From Octopus vulgaris (lineage: Eukaryota): DNA of 64,000 bases. Within the stretch, counting starts at the first letter, position 1. Each line of letters begins with the position of its first letter. Made by a program: the position numbers and the translations under genes. The stretch is from NCBI GenBank assembly GCA_951406725.2, contig OX597815.1, forward strand, positions 205,468,001-205,532,000, in the 5' to 3' direction. Of this stretch, positions 40,401 through 53,465 are shown piece after piece. The notes beneath the pieces were generated by a model that worked only from the letters and a program-made list of their open reading frames with translations, did no database searches and was not told the origin of the DNA.

Positions 40401-43188
40401 AACTGCACCGCAAAATGTGGGAGTAGTTAGGAATCTAAATCGTAGGAGACAGACACACAACCTCTCTTTTATTGATAAAGATTACAATCTTTACTTTTTT
40501 TTTTACTCTTTTACTTGTTTCAACCATTTGACTGCGGCCATGCTGGAGCACCGCCTTTAATCGAGCAACTCGCCCCCTGGACTTATTCTTTTTGTAAGCC
40601 CAGTACTTATTCTATCGGTCTCTTTTGCCGAACCGCTAAGTAACAGGGACATAAACACACCAGCATCGGTTGTCAAGCAATGCTAGGGGGACAAACACAG
40701 ACACACAAACACACACACGCATATATACATATATACGACGGGCTTCTTTCAGTTTCCGTCTACCAAATCCACTCACAAGGCTTTGGTCGGCCCGAGGCTA
40801 TAGTAGAAGACACTTTCCCAAGATGCCACGCAGTGGGACTGAACCCGGAACCATGTGGTTGGTAAACAAGCTACTTACCACACAGCCACTCCTGCGCCTA
40901 TGTTTAAATGCTTGACTAAAGGTGGTGCTCCAGCATGGCCACAGTCAAATGACTGAAACAAGTAAAGAGAGTAGGATAAGTAGTTTGAAATTTGATTACT
41001 TCATTTAGAAATTAAATTGTGTGCTGGCTTGGCTACAGTCGGTTCTGTTGGACCTTGTGGTAGGTGACCAATTGAAGCACTTTGTGTTACATTGATGTAT
41101 TTTTGTTTCTCCCCCTCCCCTTTTTTTTTCTTGTTTTTCTTTTGTAAAATATATTCCTGTTCATATTTTGAATAAAAGATATATATCTAAAAAGAATTAC
41201 TTTTGATGTTGGCAAAAATTCCCTTGGGTAGCACACTACATTTCAAATTAAATATAACAATGTCTAGTCTTTGAAGACTCTAGATTCTTTTGAGTTATTA
41301 GATTACAGGCTTCTGAGATTCAATTTCTTGTATTATTAAGTATCAGAAAGTGAGCGGGTAGGAGAAACTCCTATATAAAAATGTATGCCCTCCTAAATTG
41401 GGGATAGAGGCCCCTTAGCTAAAAATAATATAGTTAAGCTTCAGATTGGACTCTAACAATGTACATATTGGAAGCAAGACATGAAACAAGAAAGAGTTCT
41501 ATAGAAATGCATTTCAAGAAAAAGCGTTTGTGAATGCACCCAGTGACCACAGTGTAATTACATAACTTATTTTCCTGCCATCTTCATCTTTCTATCAAAA
41601 AATACCAAAAAAAAAAAAATAAAGAAATGTTCATAATTTTTTGATCAAAATAGTTAGCAGTAAGCACATCCTTGAGATAAGGTCCATTATCTGTTGAGAT
41701 GCTTACTTGTTAGAGGTTAGTGTAATTCTTTTTCTTTTTTTTTTCTTTTTGTTTGGATAACCTTATTTGTAATGAGAATGCTTGTAGTAAAGATAATGGT
41801 TGTAGCAAATGAACAATAGGCACAGGAGTGGCTGTGTGGTAAGTAGCTTGTTTACCAACCACATGGTTCCGGGTTCAGCCCCATTGCATGGCTCCTTGGG
41901 CAAGTGTCTTCTACTATAGCCTCAGGCCGACCAAAGCCTTGTGAGTGGATTTGGTAGACGGAAACTGAAAGAAGCCCGTCGTATATATGTATATATATGT
42001 ATATGTGTGTGTGCATGTATGTTTGTGTTTGTTCCCCTAGCATTGCTAGACAACCGATGCTAGAGTGTTTATGTCCCTGTTACTTAGCGGTTCGGCAAAA
42101 GAGACCGATAGAATAAGTACTGGGCTTACAAAAGAATAAGTCCCGGGGTTGAGTTGCTCGACTAAAAGGCGGTGCTCCAGCATGGCCGCAGTCAAATGAC
42201 TGAAACAAGTAAAAGAGTAAAAGCTCAAGCAAGAAAGGAGGTGAGGAAGAACCTTTAGCTCTGTTGACAGTAGAGGTTTCTCTATCTCTGTAAACTGCAT
42301 GAAGTCTGATGCTGTTTGAATGTAAGATATGGATACTGAGTGTATCGAGAAGATATCTGAAGTGAAATGAGATATTAGGTATGTAAAATTAACTTGCCGT
42401 AAACGAGGAGCATAAATACTCAGAGTAGCTGAGCGATAAAGCATCAACTGATGTGTGAAGGAAAGATAACTATGTGGTTATATGGATATGTGATGTGAAC
42501 GGAGGGTGAGTACAGTGTACTGATAATGGTGAGTATCTGCAGCTCGGGGAAACACAAGGTTGATAGTGAGGTCAGCTCTCAGAATGATGAAGATTACAAG
42601 AATAATGATGCGAGATTGAGATGTGTGCTGATGTGCCATACTGCTGACCCATTCAACCCGTGCCAGTCTGTGGAGGACAAGCATTGTAATCAATGACGAT
42701 TCTGTTTTGTTTTTTTTTTTGCATATAGGCGCAGGAGTGGCTGTGTGGTAAGTAGCTTGCTAACCAACCACATGGTTCCGGGTTCAGTCCCACGGCATGG
42801 CATCTTGGACAAGTGTCTTCTGCTATAGCCCCGGGCCGGCCAATGCCTTGTGAGTGGATTTGGTAGACGGAAACTGAAAGAAGCCTGTCGTATATATGTA
42901 TATATATATATATATGTGTGTATTTGTGTGTCTGTGTTTGTCCCCCTAGCATTGCTTGACAACCGATGCTGGTGTGTCTACGTCCCCGTCACCTAGCGGT
43001 CCGGCAAAAGAGACCGATAAAATAAGTACTGGGCTTACAAAGAATAAGTCCCGGGGTCGATTTGATCGACTAAAGGCGGTGCTCCAGCATGGCCGCAGTC
43101 AAATGACTGAAACGAGTAAAAGAGTAAAAAGAGTAATCTCTGTGATGTCCTAGTTTCTTTGATGTTTGAGATGGTTCTTCTGTTTTAG

Positions 43189-43300
43189 GTTATTGGCAAG
43201 TGGATCTGATGATGTTCAAATTATTGTGTGGAATCCATTCCGTCATAAGCGCTTAACCACAATCAGGACAGGACATCAAGGGAATATATTTTCTTTGAAG
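43189..43300 (+). CDS. WDTC1: WDTC1-like exon (WD40)
   Basis: ttttag|G...AAG|gtatt; encodes LLASGSDDVQIIVWNPFRHKRLTTIRTGHQGNIFSLK; phase 2/0. Confidence 0.95.
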
Positions 43301-44502
43301 GTATTTTATATTTTCATTTGACTCCAATGGATGTTTTCATGATATTGTTTGTTGTAGCATTGGTTGAAGTGAAGAAGGTGTTGATGATGATGATGGTGGT
43401 GGTATTGGTGGCAGCGACAAAATTTGGCAGATGTAGTGGCAGCTGCTGTGGTAGAATTATCATTGTTATTGTTTAGCCTCAATCAAGTAGTTCTGTGTTC
43501 AGAGACAACCCAGTCTTGACCATCTTGTCTTTTTCTATATTCAGATTACATTTGCTCTGCATTTTTCTTTAAGATGTTTTTTGTATGATCTGGTTGCTGT
43601 CTCTAGCAGGTCAAGAATTCTCCCTTGTTGGCTATCCCCAAACACATTCTAGCCATGACTATCCTGTTTTAATTTCAGGAATAATGTAGCCTGGATTACA
43701 TTATTCAATGTGTTCAATTTTTAAAGATGGCAGTGTGGGGCTTGAAAGAGATTTGGCTGCTATTTTTAGCAGCTTGATAAAACATATAAAAGTGTCGGTG
43801 GTGGTGCTGGTGGAGGTGGTGGTGCTGTGTTGTGATATCCGTCTCAGTATAGTAACAATAGGAGTGGTTGTTATGACGAAGACCTATTTTTGATTGTCCG
43901 TTTAATGAATCTCCTCTTTATAAACCACTGCATCAATTCCATCTTGTTGAACTGTTCTGATAGTTGTTATGGTTTAACCCCAAATCAATCATGATGAAGC
44001 AGACTTACAATCAAAAGCAATTCCAGCTGTGACCATTATTGTCGTTTTAGGGGTATCAAGAACAACATGATCTAATTTGTCCATTATCTTTGAAAACTGG
44101 AAAGCTGCTTTTGGAAGTGGGATTTGGCTGCTATTTCTAGTTGGCCAAGTAACTGCATAGGGACTTCTCCAGTGGCTGATGGTAACAATAGTGAAAATAG
44201 TAGGCAGCAACAGTAACAATGGTTTTATATTTAAAGTTGGCGACTACAATAAAAGGAAAAAAAAACTGCATTTGGTATTGTCTGTGTTTTTATAAATGTT
44301 ATTATCTACTAGCTAATGCAGTTACTATATTTATATTACGAATACAAAAGGATTAACACATCCACCCACGACCACACAGGATTTTGATGCTGCACTTGCT
44401 ATGGATACAATCGTGGATGCCTGGTTAAGAAGCTTGCTTTGCAACCTCAAAGTTCAAGCCCTGATATTACTGAGTGATACTTTGTGAAAGTGTTCTCTGT
44501 CT

Positions 44503-44805
44503 TCATCATCATCATTGTTCGACCGTGGTCGAGACAATGGAATTTACCATGCTACGCCAGACTTCACGGTCCATGATGGCATTACGGAGGTCCTGTTGCT
44601 GGATGCCTGTATCCCTGGAGAGTGTGCGCCCTCTGGTATTGCGAGTAGATGGCTTCCAGAGGAGAAGAGTAGAAATTACTTCTTTCTCAGCTCTACAACA
44701 ATGTCCAGCAAACTGGACTCTCCTACCTTTCACAAGAGATGACACAGGTGGTAGTTTCCCATATATTTGCATTTTGGTTGGATGGTGCTTCCACGAGAGA
44801 TTTTG
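44503..44805 (-). mobile_element. RTE-like LINE 3' end (second family)
   Basis: QIYGKLPPVSSLVKGRRVQFAGHCCRAEKE..LLLWKP followed by a (TGA)n tail; shorter copy at 13205-13330 (+). Confidence 0.75.
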
Positions 44806-47767
44806 AGCTCTCTGTCATAGCCTCAGGTTGATTGAAACCTTTTCATTAAAATTTGATTGTCAGTCACTCTTTGGAAGCTCATTGGCCCTTTGGCTCAGAC
44901 CTAAGGGTTGTATTTCTATACATGCGTCTGTGTGTACGAGATGGAAAGGATCAGTTTGTCAAACAAAATTACCAAGCAGTATTCTGTTTTGCCCCTTTGC
45001 ACCCAGGTCAGCTTTGCCTTTCTTCCTTTACTAGGTTAATAAAATAAGTAACGGACAAAGTAATGGGAGTTGGGGAAGTGATGTAAGTATATAAGGCATG
45101 CCCCAACATGACTGCAGTCCGGTTATTGAAACAACTAAATAAAATAATAAGATAATATCTAGTAAGTAATCGGCATCATTGAACACTGACAATCGTATGT
45201 TTTTCCAGCTTCTATAAATGAAGCCAATTGCAGCGTGGAAGGTGTTTGTAAGCCATTTAAGAAACACACAAAAACCGTTAGATTCACTTCAACATTTGAA
45301 CTTAATTTGTCAAAATATTTTCGTCGCTTTGAGACCGCGACCTGTTCACTGACAAAATTCTCTGTGTTTCTTAAATGGCTTATAAACACCTTCCCACGCT
45401 GCAATTGTTTTCGTTCCAGCACATGATCTCAGATCAGGTCACTTGCTATGCAAGTACATATCTGTAATATAAATGAAGCATACCAGGCATATTTTAGAAG
45501 TATCTCTCCAAATCTATAACTCCAATGGATATTTCATAAAAAAAAAGTCTGTGTCTTGAGCTGACAATCGCATTACAGTGCAGCTCATTCCAGCTTCCAA
45601 GATATTTTCAAACAACAATATAGGCAGTGGTATGGCTGTATGGTTAGGGAACTCATTTTGCAACTATGTGGTTTTCAGTTTAGTCCCACTGCATGGCACC
45701 TTGACGAAGTGTCTTCTACTATAGATTTGGGTTGATCAATACCTTGTGAGTAGATTTGGTACGTGCAAACTGTGTGGAAGTTCATTGTGCATGTGTGTGT
45801 GTGTGTGAATGGTTACATGTTTATGTATTTGTGTCTGTTTATCAAACACCCGCATACCCACCACTTGAGTTGACAACCAGTATTGGTTTGTTTACATCCT
45901 CGTAACTTAGTGGTTTGACCTAAGAGACTGATAGAACAAGTATTAGCATTATTAAAAAAAAAAAAAAAACAAATTATTAGGGGTGATTTGTTTGACTAAA
46001 TCCCTTCAAAGTGTTGTCCCACATGGCTGCAGTCCAATGATTGAAACAAGTAAAAGATAAAAGAGAACTAAAAGTATAAGACTTATCATTGAACAGGAGA
46101 TCAGCCCCTCACACACTTAACTCCAGCTTCTTCTACTGGTTCTCATTTTTAGCTTTTCGAGAACACATGTTACCCCATCTGTGAATTGGATCCACTAACT
46201 AACAATTGTAAGGCAATACTTTGCCACACTCCTTTACTAGCTGTTAACCATAGTTAGCATAAATGATTTCCATCTATCATGTATTAATTGATTAGCAAGA
46301 TTCAGAAACATATGATTGGTTCAGTCTTTATAGACGGTTTGACTGAGGGCTGGCAAGCCAGAAGGCTGCACCGGGCTCCAGTCCAAACTGGCAAAGTTTC
46401 TACAGCTGGATGCCCTTTCTAATGCCAATCACTCCAAGAGTGTAGTGGGCAAATTTTATGTACCACCGGCACAAGGGCCAGTCAGGCGGTACTGGCATCG
46501 ACCACGCTTGAATGGTGCTTTTTATGTGCCACCGACATGAGAGCCAGTCAGGCAGCACTAGCAACAACCACGCTCGAATGGTGCTTTTTACCTGCCCTTC
46601 ATATAATGTTGAAAATCTAGCCAGTGGTCAGTTTTTTTTCAAGTGTAGACCCTAATGTTGGGAAATGTATTTTGTTACTTCACTGTGAAAGAAATTATCT
46701 CTGGTGATCTGTCTAGAAACTGAGGTTGGGGGTAAGCAAGGGCATGTTCCCCATAGAAAATCCAGCTCCAAAATAAGCCTCATGATAGCAAGGGAGAATG
46801 GGTACCAGCCAGCCAGCCCAAAGGTTGGGGTGGGCTGCTTCTGTGTCTGCCTCAGTTACAATGACATTGAGGTAGATCCAGCCACCCCTGTTAATGGAGA
46901 CCAAAACCCAGATATATGAGTGTGTGTATATATATATATATCTCTTCTCTCTATATATAAACGGCAGTTTGTCTGTGTGCGTGTCTGTGTGTCTGTCAGG
47001 TTGTACCCTCGCCCTGACCACGGCTTTCAACCGATTCTGATGAAACTTGACACACACATAGCCCAATGTCATAATTCAAAACTAACGCAGCGAAAATTTT
47101 GAAAAGTTAACCCCAGTTCTGAAAAAAATCGATAAATTCGACATGGGGTCGAGAATAAAAAAAAACAAACCACAGACTGTCTAGGGGACGCAACTCAACC
47201 TTTTTTTACTCTCAAAAAAAAATTTACCATAATTTTTTTTCCATTTTTTTGCTATTTTTTGGCTATAACTCTCTAAAAATGCTTTATAGTTATTTCCCTT
47301 ACAAACCTGAGCAACGCCGGGCGATACTGCTAGTATATATATATATATATAGGCGCAGGAGTGGCTGTGTGGTAAGTAGCTTGCTAACCAACCACATGGT
47401 TCTGGGTTCAGTCCCACTGCGTGGCATCTTGGGCAAGTGTCTTCTGCTATAGCCCCGGGTCGACCAATGCCTTGTGAGTGGATTTGGTAGACGGAAACTG
47501 AAAGAAGCCTGTCGTATATATGTATGTGTGTTTGTGTGTCTGTGTTTGCCCCCCTAGCATTGCTTGAAAACCGATGCTGGTGTGTTTACGTCCCCGTCAC
47601 TTAGTGGTTCGGCAAAAGAGACCGATAGAATAAGTACTGGGCTTACAAAGAATAAGTCCCAGGGTCGATTTGCTCAACTAAAGGCGGTGCTCCAGCATGG
47701 CCGCAGTCAAAATGACTGAAACAAGTAAAAGAGTAATCATTTGTCTATGGATTTTCTTTGTTTTCAG

Positions 47768-47955
47768 TTTCTTCCCAACTCTAATGATTCGATAATTGTG
47801 AGTGGAGCAGCTGACTGCAAGATCCGAGTCCATGATGTAAATATTCAGGAAACCACACATGTATTTGGCTGCCATGCAGGCCGTGTGAAGCGACTAGCTA
47901 CTGCTCCGAATGTTCCGTTTATGTTCTGGAGTGCTGCAGAAGATGGCACTATCAT
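47768..47955 (+). CDS. WDTC1: WDTC1-like exon (WD40)
   Basis: ttttcag|TTT...AT|gtaag; encodes FLPNSNDSIIVSGAADCKIRVHD...HAGRVKRLATAPNVPFMFWSAAEDGTI; phase 0/2. Confidence 0.96.
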
Positions 47956-49539
47956 GTAAGAAAATTCCTTTAATTTCGAAAGATTTTAAAACTTGTTTCT
48001 ATTTTTAACTGATCATGTTGCTATAGGGGAGTCCAGTTGACCGTTTCTCTCAAGTATTGTATAGTCTTGGTCAGGACTATCAAATTTGGGTGTTGTGAAA
48101 AGAGGTTAGTCCTTTAGTATTTAAACTGGACACATCAGGCCCCAATATTCTACTTGTTTTTTTGTTCAAACTGGCCAAATCTAGCCTCTCACTCCTACCC
48201 TGCAATGTCATTTTGAAAATCTCAAAGCTACAAAAATCATCAAAATCTCAAAGCTACAAGATAACGTGTGTGTTTAGTAACCAAATGTCGTAAGTGCCAT
48301 CCCAGCCATTTTCAAGATTAATATAACATTTTCTTTGTCTCAACATCTAGAATCAAAAAAGTTGGGAGGAAGAACCAGTGAAGCTTGCAATAAGTTAAAA
48401 AATCTGGCTGAAAAAATTGTACCTCTATGCTATTGACATGATGCTCACTCACCCAAACTCAGACCAGAGAGTTTAGTAACACACCATCGTAAGCACACTC
48501 ACTCAATGAATAACTCCAGTGTGGTCCCTGTATCGTTTTACGAGGTGTTATGGCTCATTACCATCATAATGATAATGGGCTATTATCTTACTATCTTGTC
48601 TTACTTACCTCTTAAAGATACTTACCTTGGTATATTAAAACACAAACAATACCTTTGTGGGGTCTCTGTATATTTTTTACTAGGTATTATGGTTAAAATA
48701 TGCAATGCAATACACTGTTTTGTAGTACCGGTATATTCTGCAAAATGAGAAAGACGCAGTCATTGTTTCATCTTTCAGATGCATACCTAAATAAATAATT
48801 ATACGTAGGTGGAATGACTAGAGGAGGTCTTCGCGGTCATTTTAAGACCAAAACCAGCTTCCTAACTTAATTCCTTGCCGAGATATCGCATTCTGAATGT
48901 TGTGAAACTTTGACTGCATTTTTCTTGGTTTTTAAGTTGTGCTGCTTACGATGGTCTATTACTAAACGCCTCATTTAACAGAGTAATCTGAATGCTAAAA
49001 GGTAAAACCTATTGTTTCTGGCTGGTCTCTTTGACTCTTTTGATACCAACCCGTTTGAGGCTTCGTGGACTGGTTCTCTGATAAAAAGACAGTGTACAAG
49101 TAATGTGTAAAGTATTAAATCTCATCATCATTGTTTTTACTTTCCCATGTGTCCACTTTACCATGCTTGCATGGATCAGATGAAATTCATTAAGACAGAT
49201 TTTCTATGGTTGCATACCCTTCTTGTTGGCATTTGTAATCCAGGCAAGGTAGCGTTTCCATATGGTTAAACATGTTTTTATTGAAAGACTGGAAACAAGG
49301 GATACCACTTGCATGATGGTGACATTCATTTATAACTAACTACAGCGTGATCTCAAGACAAAGGAACACAAATACCCTCACATACAGCCATGCAGACACA
49401 GACAGACAAGCACACACAGACACAATAAGTTACTTTCACTTTCGCTTTACGTAATTATATAATTTATTTTTGCTGCTCTCATTTTTTTTTTTTTTTTATT
49501 GGCTGTTCTCATTCGTTGCTTTTCTCAATATCCTAACAG

Positions 49540-49764
49540 GCAATTTGATCTGCGAACTCCAATTATCTGTGATAGCACACCCCAGAATGTTTTAATCAAT
49601 CTTAATGCACATATGGGACTTCATGCTGAAGCAAAGTGCATTGCTATCAATCCTTTACGGCCAGATGAGATGGCAGTTGGAGCTAATGATCCTTACGTTC
49701 GGGTGTATGACAGAAGAATGTTGTCATGCAAAAGTATCAAATTTCCTACTGATAATGGATCACG
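49540..49764 (+). CDS. WDTC1: WDTC1-like exon (WD40)
   Basis: ctaacag|G...CG|gtaag; encodes QFDLRTP...EAKCIAINPLRPDEMAVGANDPYVRVYDRRM; phase 2/2. Confidence 0.96.
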
Positions 49765-51071
49765 GTAAGTTGAGTGACCTCAGTGTGTCAAATTCGTATT
49801 TTTTCTTATATTGTAACATATTTATAATCAACTGGATTTTACTCTGTCTTTATTTACAACTAGATTCAGTAACTATAAATATTAAACTGTTAAGCTTTAT
49901 GATAAATCTCGGGTCTGTTATTTGCATTGGTCTGTGCGGGTATTAACTTGCATATTCTCTGCATAGTCGGTTTTTCCATTTTGTATTCTTTTAAAAAAAA
50001 CAAAAGCTGGCCTACTTTACAAATCAGGAGTGTCCATTAGAGCAGTGCCTATCTCTGTTTCCCTAACACTAATCCAATGATAAGTGTGTTTTTCTTGGAT
50101 TGTAACATTAGTTTATCTGGGTAACTTTCTCTCCGGGAGTTAGCACACAGTCTTATCTATGTGAACTAAGATACTTTGAATAAAAAATATCCTGCCCACC
50201 AGAAATAAAGAATTCTAAAACCTGTGATGGATTTGATCTTATAACATAGGAGCTGATAGTTTCGTTACCTTACTCACTGGGCCATTTAACATCACAATAA
50301 ATTTATTATAGATTAACACATTCTTTGCTCATATTTTAATAAAACAAATAAACTTTATATTTTAGTTTTAAAAAGTTTTCAAGCTTTGAGGCCATGGTGA
50401 CTTTTGTTATGTTTTAACCTCTTTCTTACTAATGAATATTTGTAAATTAGATAGTATAGATTTGTGTGATTACAACTCTTTTTTTTTTTTTATCTATTTT
50501 TACTCAGTTTTTTTTCTTGCTTTTTTTTTTTTGATGTCAAATATAATTTGTATTCAAAAGTACATCCGCCAATTTGCACTAAATATTTTGTAAAACATTG
50601 AGCAGTAACCTTCAAATTTGGATTATATGGTGTTCTACATAAATTCTGTTTAAAACTATTCAACTCTCAGATTCTCTTTTTCTAAAATTTCAAAGACAAA
50701 ATTCTATTAAGGTTTTTTTCCATAAATTTTGGAAGATGTTTTTATTTTTTTACCTTCTTGATCAGTATTTATACACACCGTCAAGAATAATAATAATGAT
50801 AATTTTTTCAGATCTTTAAATTCAGCTTTAGGGATGCTATTTTTTTTATATATATCTACATCTACACTGTTTCAATTGGTTTGGTCTGTGATCATCACCA
50901 GATGCCTCACTCTAGGATGTGTAAATAGAAACAAAGGTTTCTAATTTGAATCCAGCTTAAATTTAACATCTCTATTCATTTTCTAAATATTATAAAGCAA
51001 GAATCAACTCTGATATTTTTCTATTCCTTGCTTTAGTTTCATAACCCTATTTTGATCCTCTCTCTTACTAG

Positions 51072-51160
51072 GTTACAATGGGATAGCCCTGTGACTCCAC
51101 CCAGCTTAAGGGAAGAGGACTACAACTTACATTCGGGCTGTGTACAATACTTTGTTGCAG
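51072..51160 (+). CDS. WDTC1: WDTC1-like alternative exon A (89 nt)
   Basis: cttactag|G...GCAG|gtataa; encodes LQWDSPVTPPSLREEDYNLHSGCVQYFVAG; phase 2/1 fits both neighbouring exons; resembles recalled LPDGAAQYYVAG. Confidence 0.88.
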
Positions 51161-51193
51161 GTATAAATCTGTTTGTTTTAATTGTTCTTCTAG

Positions 51194-51282
51194 GTCATTT
51201 GAGGACACTCTGTCTCTGATGCGGTCTGCGTACAGTGCGGAGTTCCCTATGCCTCAAGGCTGTGTTAAGTTCTACATAGCAG
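51194..51282 (+). CDS. WDTC1: WDTC1-like alternative exon B (89 nt, mutually exclusive with A)
   Basis: ttcttctag|G...GCAG|gtaata; encodes SFEDTLSLMRSAYSAEFPMPQGCVKFYIAG; same length and phase as exon A, with a homologous C-terminal half. Confidence 0.82.
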
Positions 51283-52889
51283 GTAATACAACTGCAATTA
51301 ATGCCTGCAACTGTCTAATGGTGTTACTTCAACTCATTGCACACAATTCTCATTATGTATCTGCTCTCTTTAGATTTCTTAATTGGTTTAAAGAAGCACA
51401 TCCAAAGTCTTTTTAACCTTTCACTTTTGGAATTGAAATGGCAATCAATGCTCTGTGTTTTATAATTAGGTTTGCATGTATCCCATTTATAAAATATCTC
51501 CTTTGAATTAAAATAACACAACAGCATTTACATCACATGGCATTGAAGAATAATTCTATTTTAATTATATCAGCAAATATTCATGTTTGGAAAAATTCTA
51601 AAATATACAGTAGGAGATTTTAAGCCAGTAATTTCTTATCCTTGATTTTACAAAACCAAAAAGCAACAATGATTTTGAAATGAATTACAGCTCATTAATA
51701 GCTGTGATTTTTCCAATTACAATCGCAATTTATCTTTAAACCAATTAAATGTTTGTCTTACTTTGTAAAATATTGCTGCATATTTTACATTGGTTATATT
51801 AGAAAATGTTGTATTATTGGAATATAATTCAGTTTTAATGTGTGTTTGCCCGAACATTAGCTAAATTATGTAAATTCATCTTGGCTATAATGGTAAACCA
51901 TTTATTCTGCCTCCGCAGTTACATTTTCACTCAGTCTGCTTCCATCATTGCTTACCGACTTCCCCCCTCTCTGATAAATTAAAGCTGTTATAAATATTAT
52001 AGCCCTTATTTTTTTTATTATTTATTCATACTGAAATGAATTTTCGTCAATGATTTAAATCTCACATGTGATAATCTTGCACGGATAAAAGAATCTTGAC
52101 TCTAAACAGAACTAAAGTGGCTGTCAAGTTATTGATGAAGCAGGTAGTACACTGTTGAGGTTAAAAGTTGAGGTGAAGCATGCAGGCATAAGTAATTTGA
52201 TAAGAAAGGGAATGCAACATCAGTGTAATGTAGTTGAAAACCGTTATTCGTTGGTAAGAGAGAAAGAAATGTAGTTTTGTCTAGTGTTGGTCTTGGGGTC
52301 CAGCCAGTGTGCCGTCATCCCCAGGTAGGATCTGTTATGGGCCAACCAACAGTCCATAGGTTTGTCCACTTTGATTTTTAAATTGTTCTTTCCAAAAGTA
52401 TTATATTCTATTGTTGTTTGTCTGTATATACATATGAGAGATGGATGTTGTATCTATAGGTGGTAGGTCTGTGAGTTTTGTATGATGGGGCTGCGGTTGA
52501 GGAGCTTTTAATGCAGCTGCTTGTACAGATTTTAATCTGTGTGTTGTGGGAGAAGGGTATGTTACCTTGGAAATAAGAGTTATTTGTTCATACCAAAGCA
52601 ATTTTGAAAATAAGGACTGAATATTTACTGATGGTGAAACTCAACTCAATACTAAGAGCAGAGTAAAATTTATTTTAATATTACATTCAACTGGCTCTTG
52701 TAGTTTTGCTTAGCATTTTATTCAGCCACTGGATAAATATACCGTCCAAGTGAAATTTGAAATCAGTGAGATGGCAGAAACATAAGCGTGCCAAGCAAAA
52801 TGCTCAGCAATATTTTTCTTCAGTTCAAATTCTAAGTTCACCGAGGTCAACTTTGCCTTTCATCCTTTCAGAGTCAACAAAGTAAGTAG

Positions 52890-53465
52890 TATTGGGGACC
52901 ACCAGCCTCCTCTTCAACACGTCTAAAATGCTGTCTGTCACCACTGTGCTGTGGCAGACAGGCATGCAGATTCCACAGCCACTGTGCCTTAGACATGGCC
53001 TTCCTGTAGGCCGACTTGAATGAAGTGCTATCAAGAACCTTGTTGGCATCCATAGAGGCTACCAAGTTGAAAGTATGGGCCGTGCACTTCTTGGTCAGGA
53101 CTATCGCCCACATCCTCAGCCTCGGGATCCATGTCTAGGTCCACATCCTTGCTGTTCTCCACATCTGGATCAGCAGCAGCCTCAGGAATGTCTGTACCAA
53201 ACTCCATAAATTCCTTAACAAAGTTTTTGCTGTTACCCATCCTGGTCACCTTGACATGCAATTGGAACTTGTAATGAGTGTCCACCTTGACCTGGGTGAG
53301 AACATCTAAGGTGTGATGTCCTCTGAGCCAAGAGCAGGCCAGGATGGCGTGTTGTCTAATGTTGGTCTTGGGGTCCAGCCAGTGTGCCATCATCCCCAGG
53401 TAGGATCTGTTATGGGCCAACCAACAGTCAGCAGTGGTCACCATCCAGAAGATATCCTTGAGCAA
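52890..53465 (-). mobile_element. hAT (Ac/ZBED-like) transposase fragment
   Basis: TTADCW..HNRSYLGMMAHWLD..ILACSWLRGHHT and CTAHTFNLVA (CxxH motif), frameshifted. Confidence 0.85.
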
